From Spirochaetia bacterium (GTDB taxonomy: Bacteria; Spirochaetota; Spirochaetia; SZUA-6; Bin103), in contig CBDATQ010000001.1 in the NCBI GenBank assembly GCA_965199955.1, forward strand, positions 1,600,001 to 1,664,000: DNA of 64,000 nt, in the 5' to 3' direction. Below, piece by piece: positions 39,335 through 49,250 of this stretch; position 1 is the stretch's first letter; every line of letters begins with the position of its first letter. The translations under genes were made by a program, and so were the position numbers. A model generated the notes under the pieces. The model had not been told where the DNA came from. It did no database searches and worked only from the letters and a program-made list of their open reading frames with translations.

Positions 39335-41287
39335 GTGGCGAGTCGCGACCCCGATGTCCGGGACCCGATCCTCCTGCCGACGCCGCAGTGCCTTCGGCGA
39401 GAGCACGGCGGCCACCGGCTCCGGCCCGGCAGGCTTATCCATCTGACCGGAGGGGAACGGACGGCGCTGCTGCGTATCGGCGCCGTGGTGCGCGACGCGC
39501 TCGCCGGGGCGGGCGCGAGCTGGCAGCTCACCGCGCGCGGCGGATCCGGACCGGAGATCGGCGCCACGGTCGCCATCGACCCGGCCCGCGTGAGCCGGGC
39601 GCAGGGGTACGTGCTCACCATCGGCCCGGAGCACATCGACATCGCCGGCCATGACGAGCCGGGCGCCTTCTACGGGGCGATGACGCTGCGGCAGATCGTG
39701 CGGCAGGTGCGGGACGGCGGCCTGCCGTGCCTGCGGATCGCCGACCACCCCGACATCGCCCATCGCGGCCTGATGCTGGACATCAGCCGCGACCGGGTGC
39801 CGACCATGGAGAGCCTGTGCGGCCTGGTCGACCTGCTGAGCGAATGGAAGGTCAACCAGCTCCAACTCTACACCGAGCACACCTTCGCCTACCGCAACCA
39901 CCGCGAGGTGTGGGCCGACTGGTCGCCGATGACCGGCGAGCAGGTGATGGAGCTGGACGCCTACTGCCGCGAGCGCCACGTGGAGCTGGTGCCGAACCAG
40001 AACACCTTCGGCCACCTGGCGCGCTGGATGGTCCATCCGCGCTACCGGCCGCTGTGCGAGGACGACGATCCGGCGGTCTTCTACCCGCACCGCGGCCTGT
40101 ACGGCACCCTGTGCCCGACCGATCCCGGCTCGATCGCGCTGGTGGACGAGTTGCTGGAGGAGTTGCTCCCGCACTTCACGAGCCGGCAGGTGCACGTCGG
40201 CTGTGACGAGGCGCGCATCGGCCTGGCCCGGTCGTGCCGCTTCGTCGAGGAGCGCGGCGCGGGACCGGTATACCTGGACTACCTCCGGCAGGTGCACGAG
40301 CTGGTGCGCCGGCGCGGGCTGACCACGCAGCTCTGGGGCGACGTGCTCATCAGCCACCCGGAGCTGGCCGCCGAGATGCCCACCGATGCGATCCCGGTCA
40401 TGGAGAACTACTCTGCTGACGCGCCGTTCGACACCTACGCCGAGACCTGCGTACAGGCGGGGCTGCCGTTCTACCTGTCGCCGGGGATCAACTGCTGGAG
40501 CACGATCATCGGCAACACGGCCACCGCGGTGGCCAACATCCGCCGCGCCGGCCAGAGCGCGGTGCGTCACGGCGCGGCCGGCCTGCTCAACACCCACTGG
40601 GGCGACAACGGGCACTGGCAGCACCTGCCGGTGGCATTCCCGGGCTATGCGTACGGTGCGGCCATGAACTGGGCGCCGGCGGCGAACGCGGACCTGGACC
40701 TGCCGGCCGCGCTGGATGCGCACGCGTTCCGCGACGCGGCCGGGGTGATGGGCCGGCTGGTCTGCGAGCTCGGCGACGTGTCGCGCTGCCATGACGCCCT
40801 GGCCGGCTCGCACGGGCCGCTGACGGCCTGGATCCTCATCGGCCTGCCCGGCATTCTGGAGCAGCTCGCGGCGGTGACCGAAGAGGCGCTGGGCATGGCC
40901 GGGGAGCGCCTGGAACAGGTGATGGCGCCTCTGGCCGCGGCGCGCATGGACCGGCCGGACGCGGAGACGGTCGCCGCCGAGCTGCGCAACGGCGCCGGCC
41001 TGTACCGCCATGCGCTGGACCTGTGGGCGGCGCGTATCCGGACGCACGGTACGGCCGTGGCGAAGCGTGAGCTCTCGAGCGATGCGGAAGTGTGGCCGCG
41101 CCGCACCATCGACGCCGAGTACGCCGCGCTGCCGGCACCCGCGCGCGCGGCGCTGGAAGCGGAGCTCGCCCCCCTGGTGGACGACTTCCGGCGGCTGTGG
41201 CTCACGCGCGACCGGCCCGGCGGCCTGCACGACAGCACCGGCCGCTTCGAGCGGTTGCTCGCCGCCTACCGCGGGGACGATCCGTAA
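39335..41287 (+). CDS. GH20 beta-N-acetylhexosaminidase-like protein
   Basis: 'LLPTPQ', 'RGLMLDISRDRVP', 'NQLQLYTEHTF', 'NQNTFGH', 'VHVGCDE', 'WGDNGHWQ'. Confidence 0.88.
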   Translation: MASRDPDVRDPILLPTPQCLRREHGGHRLRPGRLIHLTGGERTALLRIGAVVRDALAGAGASWQLTARGGSGPEIGATVAIDPARVSRAQGYVLTIGPEHIDIAGHDEPGAFYGAMTLRQIVRQVRDGGLPCLRIADHPDIAHRGLMLDISRDRVPTMESLCGLVDLLSEWKVNQLQLYTEHTFAYRNHREVWADWSPMTGEQVMELDAYCRERHVELVPNQNTFGHLARWMVHPRYRPLCEDDDPAVFYPHRGLYGTLCPTDPGSIALVDELLEELLPHFTSRQVHVGCDEARIGLARSCRFVEERGAGPVYLDYLRQVHELVRRRGLTTQLWGDVLISHPELAAEMPTDAIPVMENYSADAPFDTYAETCVQAGLPFYLSPGINCWSTIIGNTATAVANIRRAGQSAVRHGAAGLLNTHWGDNGHWQHLPVAFPGYAYGAAMNWAPAANADLDLPAALDAHAFRDAAGVMGRLVCELGDVSRCHDALAGSHGPLTAWILIGLPGILEQLAAVTEEALGMAGERLEQVMAPLAAARMDRPDAETVAAELRNGAGLYRHALDLWAARIRTHGTAVAKRELSSDAEVWPRRTIDAEYAALPAPARAALEAELAPLVDDFRRLWLTRDRPGGLHDSTGRFERLLAAYRGDDP

Positions 41288-41349
41288 CCGGTAACGATTC
41301 GACCGCCTTGGACACGGACTTGATATTCGGGTTCTGATTGGCACTCGTC

Positions 41350-42243
41350 ATGGCAAAAGGCAAGAAGGACGACGCCGAGAAACCGAAAGCCAGCACGACC
41401 GCCATCCTGGTGGCGGCGGTCCGCGGGGCCCACCTGATCTGGAACGATCCGCCGCTCTTCTCCGACACCTACGCGCTGCAGATGGTGACGCCGTTCTGGC
41501 GGCAGGTCGCCAAGCGGCGGTGGCTCAAGTGGCTGATCGCCGACGTGGTGCTGGGGGTGCTCAAGCCCATCCACACCGAGGCGATCCTGCGCGTCCGCTT
41601 CACCGAGGAGCGGCTGCGCGAGGCGATCGCCGACGGCGTGCGCCAGTACGTGATCCTGGGCGCCGGGCTCGATTCCTTTTCTCTGCGCCAGGGCGACCTG
41701 GCCGACGGCCTGCGCATCTTCGAGGTGGACCAGCCGGCCTCGCAGGCCATGAAGCGCGAGCGCCTCGTCGCCATCAACGGCAGCGTTCCCGACAACCTGG
41801 CGCTCGTGCCCGTGAACTTCGAGACCGACCATCTGGACGAGGAGCTGCGCAAGGCCGGCTTCGACGCCGCAACGCCCACGTTCTTCTCCTGGCTGGGAGT
41901 CACCTACTACCTCACCGGGGAGGCGATCAGCGATTCGCTCGACCGCGTCTCCTCGCTCGCCCCGCCCGGCAGCCGGATCGTCTGCGACTACAAGTATCCT
42001 CACGACCTGGTCCCGGCGGAGGGCATGGAGTTCGTCCAGAAGCTGGAGAAGTTCGTGGCAGGCCGCGGGGAGCCGATGATCTCGACCTTCACGCCCGACG
42101 CGATGAACGCGGAGATGGCGCGCGTGGGCTTCCAGGAAGTGGACAGCGTCTCGCCGGACGAGGCGGACAAGCGCTACCTGCAGGGGCGCACGGACATGGA
42201 CGCTCCCGCCCCCGGGTTCGCGTTCGCGCTGTTCAAGAAATAG
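41350..42243 (+). CDS. SAM-dependent methyltransferase (leucine carboxyl methyltransferase-like)
   Basis: 'QYVILGAGLDSF', 'FEVDQPASQ', 'FFSWLGVTYYL', 'GEP'. Confidence 0.88.
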   Translation: MAKGKKDDAEKPKASTTAILVAAVRGAHLIWNDPPLFSDTYALQMVTPFWRQVAKRRWLKWLIADVVLGVLKPIHTEAILRVRFTEERLREAIADGVRQYVILGAGLDSFSLRQGDLADGLRIFEVDQPASQAMKRERLVAINGSVPDNLALVPVNFETDHLDEELRKAGFDAATPTFFSWLGVTYYLTGEAISDSLDRVSSLAPPGSRIVCDYKYPHDLVPAEGMEFVQKLEKFVAGRGEPMISTFTPDAMNAEMARVGFQEVDSVSPDEADKRYLQGRTDMDAPAPGFAFALFKK

Positions 42244-42262
42244 CCTGCCGGCCGCAGCACGA

Positions 42263-42701
42263 ATGGACACGGTGCGGATCGGCATCGTCGGCATGGGGGT
42301 CAGGCACGCCCGCTCGCTCCTGACGGGGGAGGTGACCGGCGACAACGGCAAGGTCGTGGTCGAGGACGGCCGGCTCACGTTCTGGAAGCTCGACGTTCCC
42401 GAACCACGGTTCAGGCGCGAACATCGGACCGGGCCCGACCAACCGGGGTACACCCGCGTGGACGTGCCCGGTCGCGGGCCGGACGACCGGGCACGTCGGC
42501 ATCACGCGCAACTTCGTCGAGGCCATCACGGACGGCGCCGACCTGCTGGCTCCGGGCCAGGAGGGGATCCGCGGGCTGTCGATCTCCAACGCCATGCACC
42601 TGTCCGCGTGGCTCGACGACTGGGTGGCGGTGCCGCCGGACGAGGACCTGTTCTACGAGAAGCTGCAGGAACGAAGCGCGGGATCCCGCGCCGGCGTCTG
42701 A
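42263..42701 (+). pseudogene. Gfo/Idh/MocA oxidoreductase with a large internal deletion and a frameshift
   Basis: The Rossmann start 'MDTVRIGIVGMG..HA' is joined directly to C-terminal 'EVTGDNGKVVVE'; a shifted frame then reads 'ITRNFVEAI...EGIRGLSISNAMHLSAW'. Confidence 0.8.
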
Positions 42702-42722
42702 GGTGGGCCGGGCAGGGCTCGA

Positions 42723-43574
42723 TCAGGGCGAGTCCGGTCGTTCCCCCATGACGGCAGCACTGCCGGGGATGTCCGCCAGCAGTCCGTGCAGCGCCTGCGC
42801 GGCAACGGCGAACCGGTCCGCCTTGGACTGGAGCGGGCGACCCGGCGCCGGCTTCAGGTGCGGTTCCAGCGTGAGATAGCCCGCGAAGCCGTCCGCGAAC
42901 GCCTCGGACAGGATGCGCGCCACGTCGCCCGCACCCTGTCCGGCCGGGACCACGGTACCGTTCGGCAGCGCGTCCTTGACGTGGAAGTAGCCCAGGTACG
43001 GCTTGAGCTTCGCCCAGCAGTCCCGGTGTGGCCGCTGTCCGCACTGTACGAAGTTGGAGAAGTCGAATGCGCAGACCAGCGACGGCGAGTCGATCGACGT
43101 GAGCAGGTCCAGCACGCGGTCGCCGGTCTCCCCGTAGATGTTCCGTTCGTTCTCATGCGCGAGCTTGGTCGCCGTCGCAGACGCAACTTCGACCAGGCGG
43201 GCGAGCCAGTCGAGAACCTGGGTACGGTGCGCCGCCACGTCGGAGCCCTCGGGCGGATAGAAGGAGAAGACCCGGATGTAAGGGGCCTGAAGGATCTCCG
43301 CGTAGTCAAGCGCGCGGCGCAGGCCGTCGAGTTGCTCCTGGAAGTCGCCCGTGAGCGGGAACTTGCCGAGCGGCGAGCCGACTGCGGAGAAGCCGATCCC
43401 GTGGTCGGCCGCCCGCCGCTTGATATCGCGGACCTCGCCGGCGCGGAGCGCCAGCACGTTCCTGCCCCAGGCGCCGCGGAGCTCGATGTTGCCCACGTCG
43501 TTCCGTTCGAGCTCCCGGATCTGGACGTCCGGATCGTCGTCGATCTCGTCCGCGAAGGCGCTGATCAGGTTCAT
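42723..43574 (-). CDS. Sugar phosphate isomerase/epimerase (xylose-isomerase-like TIM barrel)
   Basis: 'ISAFADEI', 'GSPLGK', 'IRVFSFY', 'HENE..IYG', 'FDFSNF', 'HVKDA', 'LEPHL'. Confidence 0.88.
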   Translation of the reverse strand: MNLISAFADEIDDDPDVQIRELERNDVGNIELRGAWGRNVLALRAGEVRDIKRRAADHGIGFSAVGSPLGKFPLTGDFQEQLDGLRRALDYAEILQAPYIRVFSFYPPEGSDVAAHRTQVLDWLARLVEVASATATKLAHENERNIYGETGDRVLDLLTSIDSPSLVCAFDFSNFVQCGQRPHRDCWAKLKPYLGYFHVKDALPNGTVVPAGQGAGDVARILSEAFADGFAGYLTLEPHLKPAPGRPLQSKADRFAVAAQALHGLLADIPGSAAVMGERPDSP

Positions 43575-43641
43575 GGAGGGCTGGGAGTGTGGCGGAATGG
43601 CCGTGCGAGCGGCAAGTCGCACACGCGACCGTGCCGCTCCG

Positions 43642-44826
43642 TCACGTGCCGCGTGCGCGCCGGGCAGCGCGGCGCTGCCGCAGCTCCTTCAGCAGCGAGC
43701 CCAGGGCGGCGAGCACCAGGGTCAGCCCTCCGGCGAAGATGAACAGCCCCAGCGTGCGCACCGGGCCGATCAGCAACGCCCCGGCCGCCAGCGCGGCGAC
43801 GGCGCCGGCAGTCGTCCACTCGGCAGCGCCGAGGCGGCGGATGCCCACCACGTGGACGCGCATCGCCAGGAAACAGGTCAGCCACGCGGCCAACCCACCG
43901 AACAGCATTCGCGCGCCCGTCAGTCCGGTCCTGGCGGCGCCGTCGGGCTCGACGTGGCCCAACGCCGCCAGGCTCATCTCCACGGCCGCCGCCATCACCA
44001 CCACCGCCAGCGTCATCGGCAGGTGCAGGTAGGTGATGATCTGGCCGCCGCCGACCCGCTCGCGCAACTCCGCGCGATCGAGCAACCGGAAGTAGAACCA
44101 CCAGATGCCGACCGGCAGGGCGAAGCCGACCGCGAACGCCAGCCGCGCCTCCTCGGCGTGCACGCCGCCGATCACCACGCCCAGCACCGCCTCGCCCAGG
44201 ACGATGATCGTGAACAGCCCCAGCCGTTCCGGAAGGTGGGACGGGTGCGCCGGCCAGCGACCGAGGCCGGACACGGCAAGCAGTGGCGCCAGCAGCTCCG
44301 CACCGATGGCTGCCAGGTAGAGGGGCCGCCGCCATGGCTCCGCCATGAGCTCCTGCGCTCCCCAGGCGACCGCCGACACGGCGAAGCCGATCATGAGAAA
44401 CCACGTGAAACGGCGCGCGGCGGGCACGCGGACGTGCGCTTCCAGATAGAGCAACACCAGCAGGACGCGCGCGCCGAGCTGCGTGCGGGTAAACGATGCG
44501 GCGTGCTCGTCCAGTCCGGACTGCACGTAGAGCGCGGAGCCCGCCAGGGTGAACATCAACAGCAGCGTGAGGAGCGTCTGCAGGACGCTGCCGTCGTCGA
44601 ACCGGGTGGCGTAGGTGGTGTGGCCGGCCCACACCAGGAACAGCGGCAGGTACAGCGCCGCGATCTGTCCCAGCGTGGGCAAGTCGGGATGGGCCACCAG
44701 GTGATGCGTCAGCCCGGCGATGTTGATGACGAAGATCAGGTCGAAGAACAGCTCCAGCCAGGTCGCCGAGCGGCCCTCGGCCGGCCGGCGGTCATCCCGG
44801 GCGCCGTCGCTCAGGGGTTCAGCCAT
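43642..44826 (-). CDS. ltrA: Low temperature requirement protein A family membrane protein
   Basis: 'ATWLELFFDLIFV', 'HLPERLGLFTIIVLGE', 'WWFYF', 'YLHLP'. Confidence 0.88.
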   Translation of the reverse strand: MAEPLSDGARDDRRPAEGRSATWLELFFDLIFVINIAGLTHHLVAHPDLPTLGQIAALYLPLFLVWAGHTTYATRFDDGSVLQTLLTLLLMFTLAGSALYVQSGLDEHAASFTRTQLGARVLLVLLYLEAHVRVPAARRFTWFLMIGFAVSAVAWGAQELMAEPWRRPLYLAAIGAELLAPLLAVSGLGRWPAHPSHLPERLGLFTIIVLGEAVLGVVIGGVHAEEARLAFAVGFALPVGIWWFYFRLLDRAELRERVGGGQIITYLHLPMTLAVVVMAAAVEMSLAALGHVEPDGAARTGLTGARMLFGGLAAWLTCFLAMRVHVVGIRRLGAAEWTTAGAVAALAAGALLIGPVRTLGLFIFAGGLTLVLAALGSLLKELRQRRAARRARGT

Positions 44827-44957
44827 GGGTACTACCGGAGCGGCCCGCGCCCGCGGATGTCAAGGAGCCGGCCGCAGGCGACGCGCGGTTGACCGACGGC
44901 CGCCCCACGGGACAGGGTGACCGCCTACTACCGCCGCGGTACGGGGAGTCGCGCTGG

Positions 44958-45132
44958 ATGCTGCCCGCCGCCGAACAAGCGCCTGTGAAGCCGACGTTCG
45001 CGGAGCGGCGCATGTCCCTGGCGAAGCGGTTCCGGCGCGACCGGGTCTACCTGTTCATGCTGGTCCCGGTGGTCGCCTCTTCGTCATTTCCACCACGTGC
45101 CCATGTACGGGGCGCTGATCGACTTCAAGGAG
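44958..45132 (+). pseudogene. 5' fragment of a LplB-like sugar ABC permease
   Basis: 'RFRRDRVYLFMLVPVVA', then frameshifted 'FVI.HHVPMYGALIDFKE'; the sequence breaks off after this. Confidence 0.6.
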
Positions 45133-45134
45133 GT

Positions 45135-45564
45135 GGCCCCCGGAAAGGGAGGGATGTCCGGGTTGATCGAGCCGTAGTGGTCCTTGCGGTCGCCCAGCAG
45201 GTGCAGCCACTCTCCACGCCGGCCTCGGAAACCTTTGTCAGCGCTGGCCTCCCAGCCCTTGAAGCTCCATGGCGAGATGTTGCCGACCTCATCTTCGCGC
45301 CCGGCACGCGCCTCGCCGGTGAGGCCTTGCGTCTCCTCGACCGATCCGGCGACCACGTCCACCCAGCGGTCGGAGTAGCGGCCGGTCTCGAAGGTGTTGA
45401 ACTCGTCATCCGGGCTGATGCAGCGCGGCTCGAGCGGCAGCAGTTCGGCGACCGGCGGCAGCTCGCCGCGTGCCACCATCTCCGCGAACCACGGGGCCTT
45501 CCTGGTATTGCTGGCCGATGGCGGTGCCTCCGAAGATCGTCAGGAGTCGAAGGTCTTTGATCAC
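45135..45564 (-). pseudogene. 5' fragment of a family-5 ABC solute-binding protein
   Basis: 'QQYQE(fs)APWFAEMVARGELPPVAELLPLEP...PWSFKGWEASAD', collinear with the N-terminus of the intact SBP at 60218. Confidence 0.65.
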
Positions 45565-46433
45565 CGGAGAGTCGCTTCCGCAACTTGTCGCGGCCGGATC
45601 GTCACCATGCGCGACTGGTTCAGGAAGCCCGGACCGGTGACGTACTGGACGGCGCCTTCGTGGATCCGATAGGCCCCTGCGACGTGGATGTGCCCGCACA
45701 GCACGGCGACCAGGTTGCGCGCGGCCAGCAGCCGGGCGATGAACTCGTCCGTGGCGGACTCCGACTGCGGGTCTCCGCACAGGGGGATGGGCTGGCCGCT
45801 CGATGGCGGCGGCGCGCAGTGCGCGGCGGTATCGCCGGGCAGACGGAACGGCATGTGGGTCAGCAGGACCACGGGCAGGCCGACCGCGAGCGCGCGGTCG
45901 AAGAAGTCGAGCTGTTCCGCGTCCACCTGGCGCGTGCTGTTGTCGATCGCGACGAAGCGCACGCCGCCCAGATCGAGCGAGCCCGCATGGGGAGCCCGGC
46001 CGCGATAGAGCGGCAGCAGCGACCGTTCGCGCCACTCCGTGCGCAGATCCTCGTCGCTTCCCGGCAGCCCGGAGTACCGCCAGTCGTGGTTGCCGGCCGT
46101 GAACATGCTGTGGCGGCCGGTGGCGAGAACCAGCCGCTCGACGGCGGCGACCGCGGTGGGCGACGGATAGTTCACGTGGTCGCCGGTCAGCGCGATCAGG
46201 TCGGGAGCCTCGGCGCGCGCCCGCTCCATCTGCGCCGCGAACGTCTGCAGCGTGGGGAAGTCGGCGAATAGCCCGTCGATCCGCGCCCCGTAGTGGACGT
46301 AGGGCTGATCGACCGCCTCGTGAGGGACGCTGATGTGGGAGTCGGTCACGTGCAGGACGCGCAGCGGCCGCTCGATGCCGGCGACTCCGATTGTCGCCGT
46401 GTCGTCGGTCCAGGAGTGGGTGCAGCGTGTCAC
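45561..46433 (-). CDS. Calcineurin-like metallophosphoesterase
   Basis: 'HVTDSH', 'TGD', 'GNHD', 'LTHMP', 'CGHIH'. Confidence 0.88.
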   Translation of the reverse strand: MTRCTHSWTDDTATIGVAGIERPLRVLHVTDSHISVPHEAVDQPYVHYGARIDGLFADFPTLQTFAAQMERARAEAPDLIALTGDHVNYPSPTAVAAVERLVLATGRHSMFTAGNHDWRYSGLPGSDEDLRTEWRERSLLPLYRGRAPHAGSLDLGGVRFVAIDNSTRQVDAEQLDFFDRALAVGLPVVLLTHMPFRLPGDTAAHCAPPPSSGQPIPLCGDPQSESATDEFIARLLAARNLVAVLCGHIHVAGAYRIHEGAVQYVTGPGFLNQSRMVTIRPRQVAEATLR

Positions 46434-46505
46434 GGCATCGAGCCTTGAAGACTTGTGTGAATCGGGGTCATTGGCATGTTATGCCATACAAAGGCTCTGC
46501 GGATC

Positions 46506-46742
46506 ATGCCTACGCGCAACGTCGTGCTGACGGACCACCAAGCTAGCCTGGTAAGGCGATTGGTTGCATCCGGCCGTTACCAGAACGCCAGCAGGTCCTG
46601 CGGGAGGGCATCAGGGTTGTCGAACAACGGGAAGCCGAGCACGCGGCGCGCGTCCGCGCCCTGCGGCGAGGCCGCTGCCGCCGGCATCGCCGACATCGGG
46701 CGGCGCCCAGCACCAGCTCGATCCCGTCGATCGAGCACATGA
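46506..46742 (+). pseudogene. parD: ParD-type (CC2985 family) antitoxin, frameshifted, no ParE partner
   Basis: 'MPTRNVVLTDHQASLVRRLVASGRYQNAS', then out of frame 'VLREGIRVVEQREAE', then 'AAAAGIADI'. Confidence 0.7.
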
Positions 46743-46789
46743 ACTCGATCGCATCGGACAACGGGGCGTCGGAGCAGTACACGCGCACG

Positions 46790-46890
46790 GGTCCTGCATG
46801 CCGTGGTCGGCGGTCACGGCGACGTCGCGCCGAGTTCCTCCAGGCGCGCTATGCGCTCTATTTCTAGTGTGCGATAGAACTCGATCGCCT
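46790..46890 (-). pseudogene. Small fragment of an alkaline-phosphatase-superfamily gene (phosphonoacetate hydrolase-like)
   Basis: 'AIEFYRTLE...RLEELGA(fs)VAVTADHGMQ'; only the TADHG motif supports the call. Confidence 0.3.
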
Positions 46891-46946
46891 CGTATGGCCT
46901 TGACATCGTGCCGCAGATCCGAGGTAGAGCTACTACCGAGCGGACA

Positions 46947-47417
46947 TGTATGGCATGACGGGGTACCATCTGGAAGAGGACCTGCATCTTGGCTTCACCT
47001 GGTTGTTCGACCGGTCGGCGAGGCGGCCGAAGGAGCAGGGCGGGAACGAGGAGGGTCCGATCAATGTCCCCCACCGTGGTCGAGGTCGGTGATGAACTGT
47101 GGTTCTACTATACCGGTTTTGACGGCGGGCATGCCGCGGCAGAAGAAGCGGAACGCCCGGACGAGCAGCGGGGACGGTTGCCGAAACCTCGATCCAAGCT
47201 GCCATGCGGAGGTCCTTCGCTCAATCTGGCAACGCTCAGGCGCGACGGATTCGTGTCTCTCGATGCGATCTACCCGGAGGGATGCGCGGTCACGGATGAT
47301 GTTCGGGGAAGAGTCAGATGGAAGACCGGCGATAGCCTCGCCGCACTGGCCGGTAAGCCGGTTCGGTTCATATTCCACATGCAGAGCGCCAAGCTCTATG
47401 CCTTCAGGATCACGTAG
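46947..47417 (+). pseudogene. Collapsed 3' remnant of a GH32-like beta-propeller gene
   Basis: 'MYGMTGYHLEEDLHLGFTWLF...EGPINV', then shifted 'VGDELWFYYTG...LATLRRDGFVSLDA...VRWK..LAGKPVRFIFHM..AKLYAFR*', with internal segments missing. Confidence 0.7.
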
Positions 47418-47461
47418 GTTCGATGTGCCGGTCATGGGCTGAGCGACAATCGGAGGAGAGT

Positions 47462-48796
47462 ATGTACGAGTTCAAGGGGACACCGGAGTCGACGCACCTG
47501 TATCAGAAGGCCGTTCAACTGGTGCCGGGCGGCACGCATCTGTACGGCAAACGAAGCGAGTTTCACGCGTCAGGCTTCTGGCCGGCCTATATCGCACGGG
47601 CGGAGGGCGGGCATTTCTGGGACGTCGATGGGAATGAATTCATCGACTACAATCTCGGCGCCGGCCCGGTGATGCTGGGTCATGCCTTCCCGCCGGTCAT
47701 CGAAGCCGTGCAGCGGCAACTGCCACTCGGGCAGCTCTATGCGGCCAGCTCTCCATTGGAGCTGGAGCTCGCGCGCCTGATCATCGAGCTGGTGCCGTGC
47801 GCGGAGATGGTGCGGTATGCCCGCGGCGGGGGCGAGGCGTGCGCCGTCGCCGTCCGTATCGCGCGCAGCTACAGCCGCAAGGACAAGGTCCTGTTCTGCG
47901 GATACCACGGCTGGCACGACTGGTACATCTCCGCCAACTTGTCGGACAGCGAAACCCTGAACGACCACCTGCGGCCGGGAATCGATCCGTTGGGTGTGCC
48001 GGCGGCGCTCGCCGGCACCGCGATCCCTTTCGAGTACAACGACGTGGATTCGTTGAAGGCGGCGCTGGACGCCAATCGCGGTGACGTGGCGTGCATCATC
48101 ATCGAGCCGGCGCGTACGTTCCAGCCGGAGAACGGCTACCTGCACAAGGTGCGGGACATCGCCGACGAATACGGCGTGGTATTGATCTTCGACGAGACCG
48201 TAACCGGGTTCCGGTACAGCCGCGGCGGCGCACAGGAGTACTTCGGCGTCACGCCGGACATGGGCGTCTTCGGCAAGGCGATGGGCAATGGGTTCCCGCT
48301 GACGTGCGTGGCAGGGACCGGCGACGTGATGATGGCCTGCAAAGATAGCTTCGTCAGCAGTTGCTTCTGGGGGGAGACCACGAGCCTGGCGGCCGGAGTC
48401 GCCGCGCTGACCTTCATTCGCGACAATCCCGTGATCGAGCACATATGGTCGATCGGGCAGGCGATCGTCGACGGCGTGGACGGAGCCGCCAGGGAGATGG
48501 GTGTACCGATCAGGTTCCCGGGCAAGCCGTGCAATGCCTACGTCCGCTTCGACATCGACGATCCGGTGTTCGCGAAGGGCATCTCGACCCTCTGGGAACA
48601 GGAGTTGCTGCGGCGCGGCATCTGCGCCGACAGTATGTTCTACATCTGCTATTCGCACACCAGGGAAGACGTAGAGCGTACGGTGGAGGCGGGGACCGAA
48701 GCGTTGCAGGTAGTGAAACGAGCGATCGATGCCGGCGACGCTGCGCCGTACCTGCGGTCGACGGAGAGCGAGGCTGGCTTCAAACGAATGGTCTGA
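47462..48796 (+). CDS. Class-III PLP aminotransferase (GSA-aminomutase-like), second paralog
   Basis: SD GGAGG; 'FWDVDGNEFID', 'GYHGWHDW', 'FDETVTGFR', 'FGKAMGNG'. Confidence 0.9.
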   Translation: MYEFKGTPESTHLYQKAVQLVPGGTHLYGKRSEFHASGFWPAYIARAEGGHFWDVDGNEFIDYNLGAGPVMLGHAFPPVIEAVQRQLPLGQLYAASSPLELELARLIIELVPCAEMVRYARGGGEACAVAVRIARSYSRKDKVLFCGYHGWHDWYISANLSDSETLNDHLRPGIDPLGVPAALAGTAIPFEYNDVDSLKAALDANRGDVACIIIEPARTFQPENGYLHKVRDIADEYGVVLIFDETVTGFRYSRGGAQEYFGVTPDMGVFGKAMGNGFPLTCVAGTGDVMMACKDSFVSSCFWGETTSLAAGVAALTFIRDNPVIEHIWSIGQAIVDGVDGAAREMGVPIRFPGKPCNAYVRFDIDDPVFAKGISTLWEQELLRRGICADSMFYICYSHTREDVERTVEAGTEALQVVKRAIDAGDAAPYLRSTESEAGFKRMV

Positions 48797-48836
48797 GAGC
48801 GCCCGGAATCGGCTGGGACGATCGATAGGGACAACT

Positions 48837-49250
48837 ATGGTGCACATCGGATCCAGGAGGCAGTCGTTCGTCGACGACCATTGCCTGGCCGAATTGCGTG
48901 GCGTGCGCAAGCAGCTCAATCAGCCCAGGAAGCACCCGGCCAATCCTATTCTGACGTCGATCGAACCGTGGGAACGCACCTACGTGCAGCTCTACGGGAA
49001 TGTGATCTATGACGAGGACCAAGGTCTGTTCCAGATGTGGTATTCGTCTCGGTTCATGACCGATGGGGGCACGAGGAAGGTGAACTGCGTGTGCCATGCG
49101 ACCTCCAGGGACGGCATCGACTGGCAGCGTACTCCGGTGAATCGGTTGGAGCACGACGGCATGCGATTGAGCAACGCCGTGCTGGTGGGGCAGTATATCG
49201 GGCCGACGGTGTTCCACACGCCGGAGGATCCTGATCCGCAGCGGCGGCAC
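48837..49250 (+). pseudogene. 5' fragment of a GH32-like beta-propeller gene
   Basis: 'RRQSFVDD...KHPANPIL..EPWE...FQMWY...SRDGIDW...DPDPQRR', then homology ends. Confidence 0.75.

Noticed and set aside
20139..41344. Long antisense ORFs such as 20139..22667, 35198..37489 and 39278..41344
   Set aside because: Typical stop-poor shadows in high-GC DNA, opposite well-supported genes and without motifs.
32417..48796. Calling either class-III aminotransferase hemL
   Set aside because: There is no heme-pathway context, two divergent copies exist, and the neighbours are carbohydrate-related.
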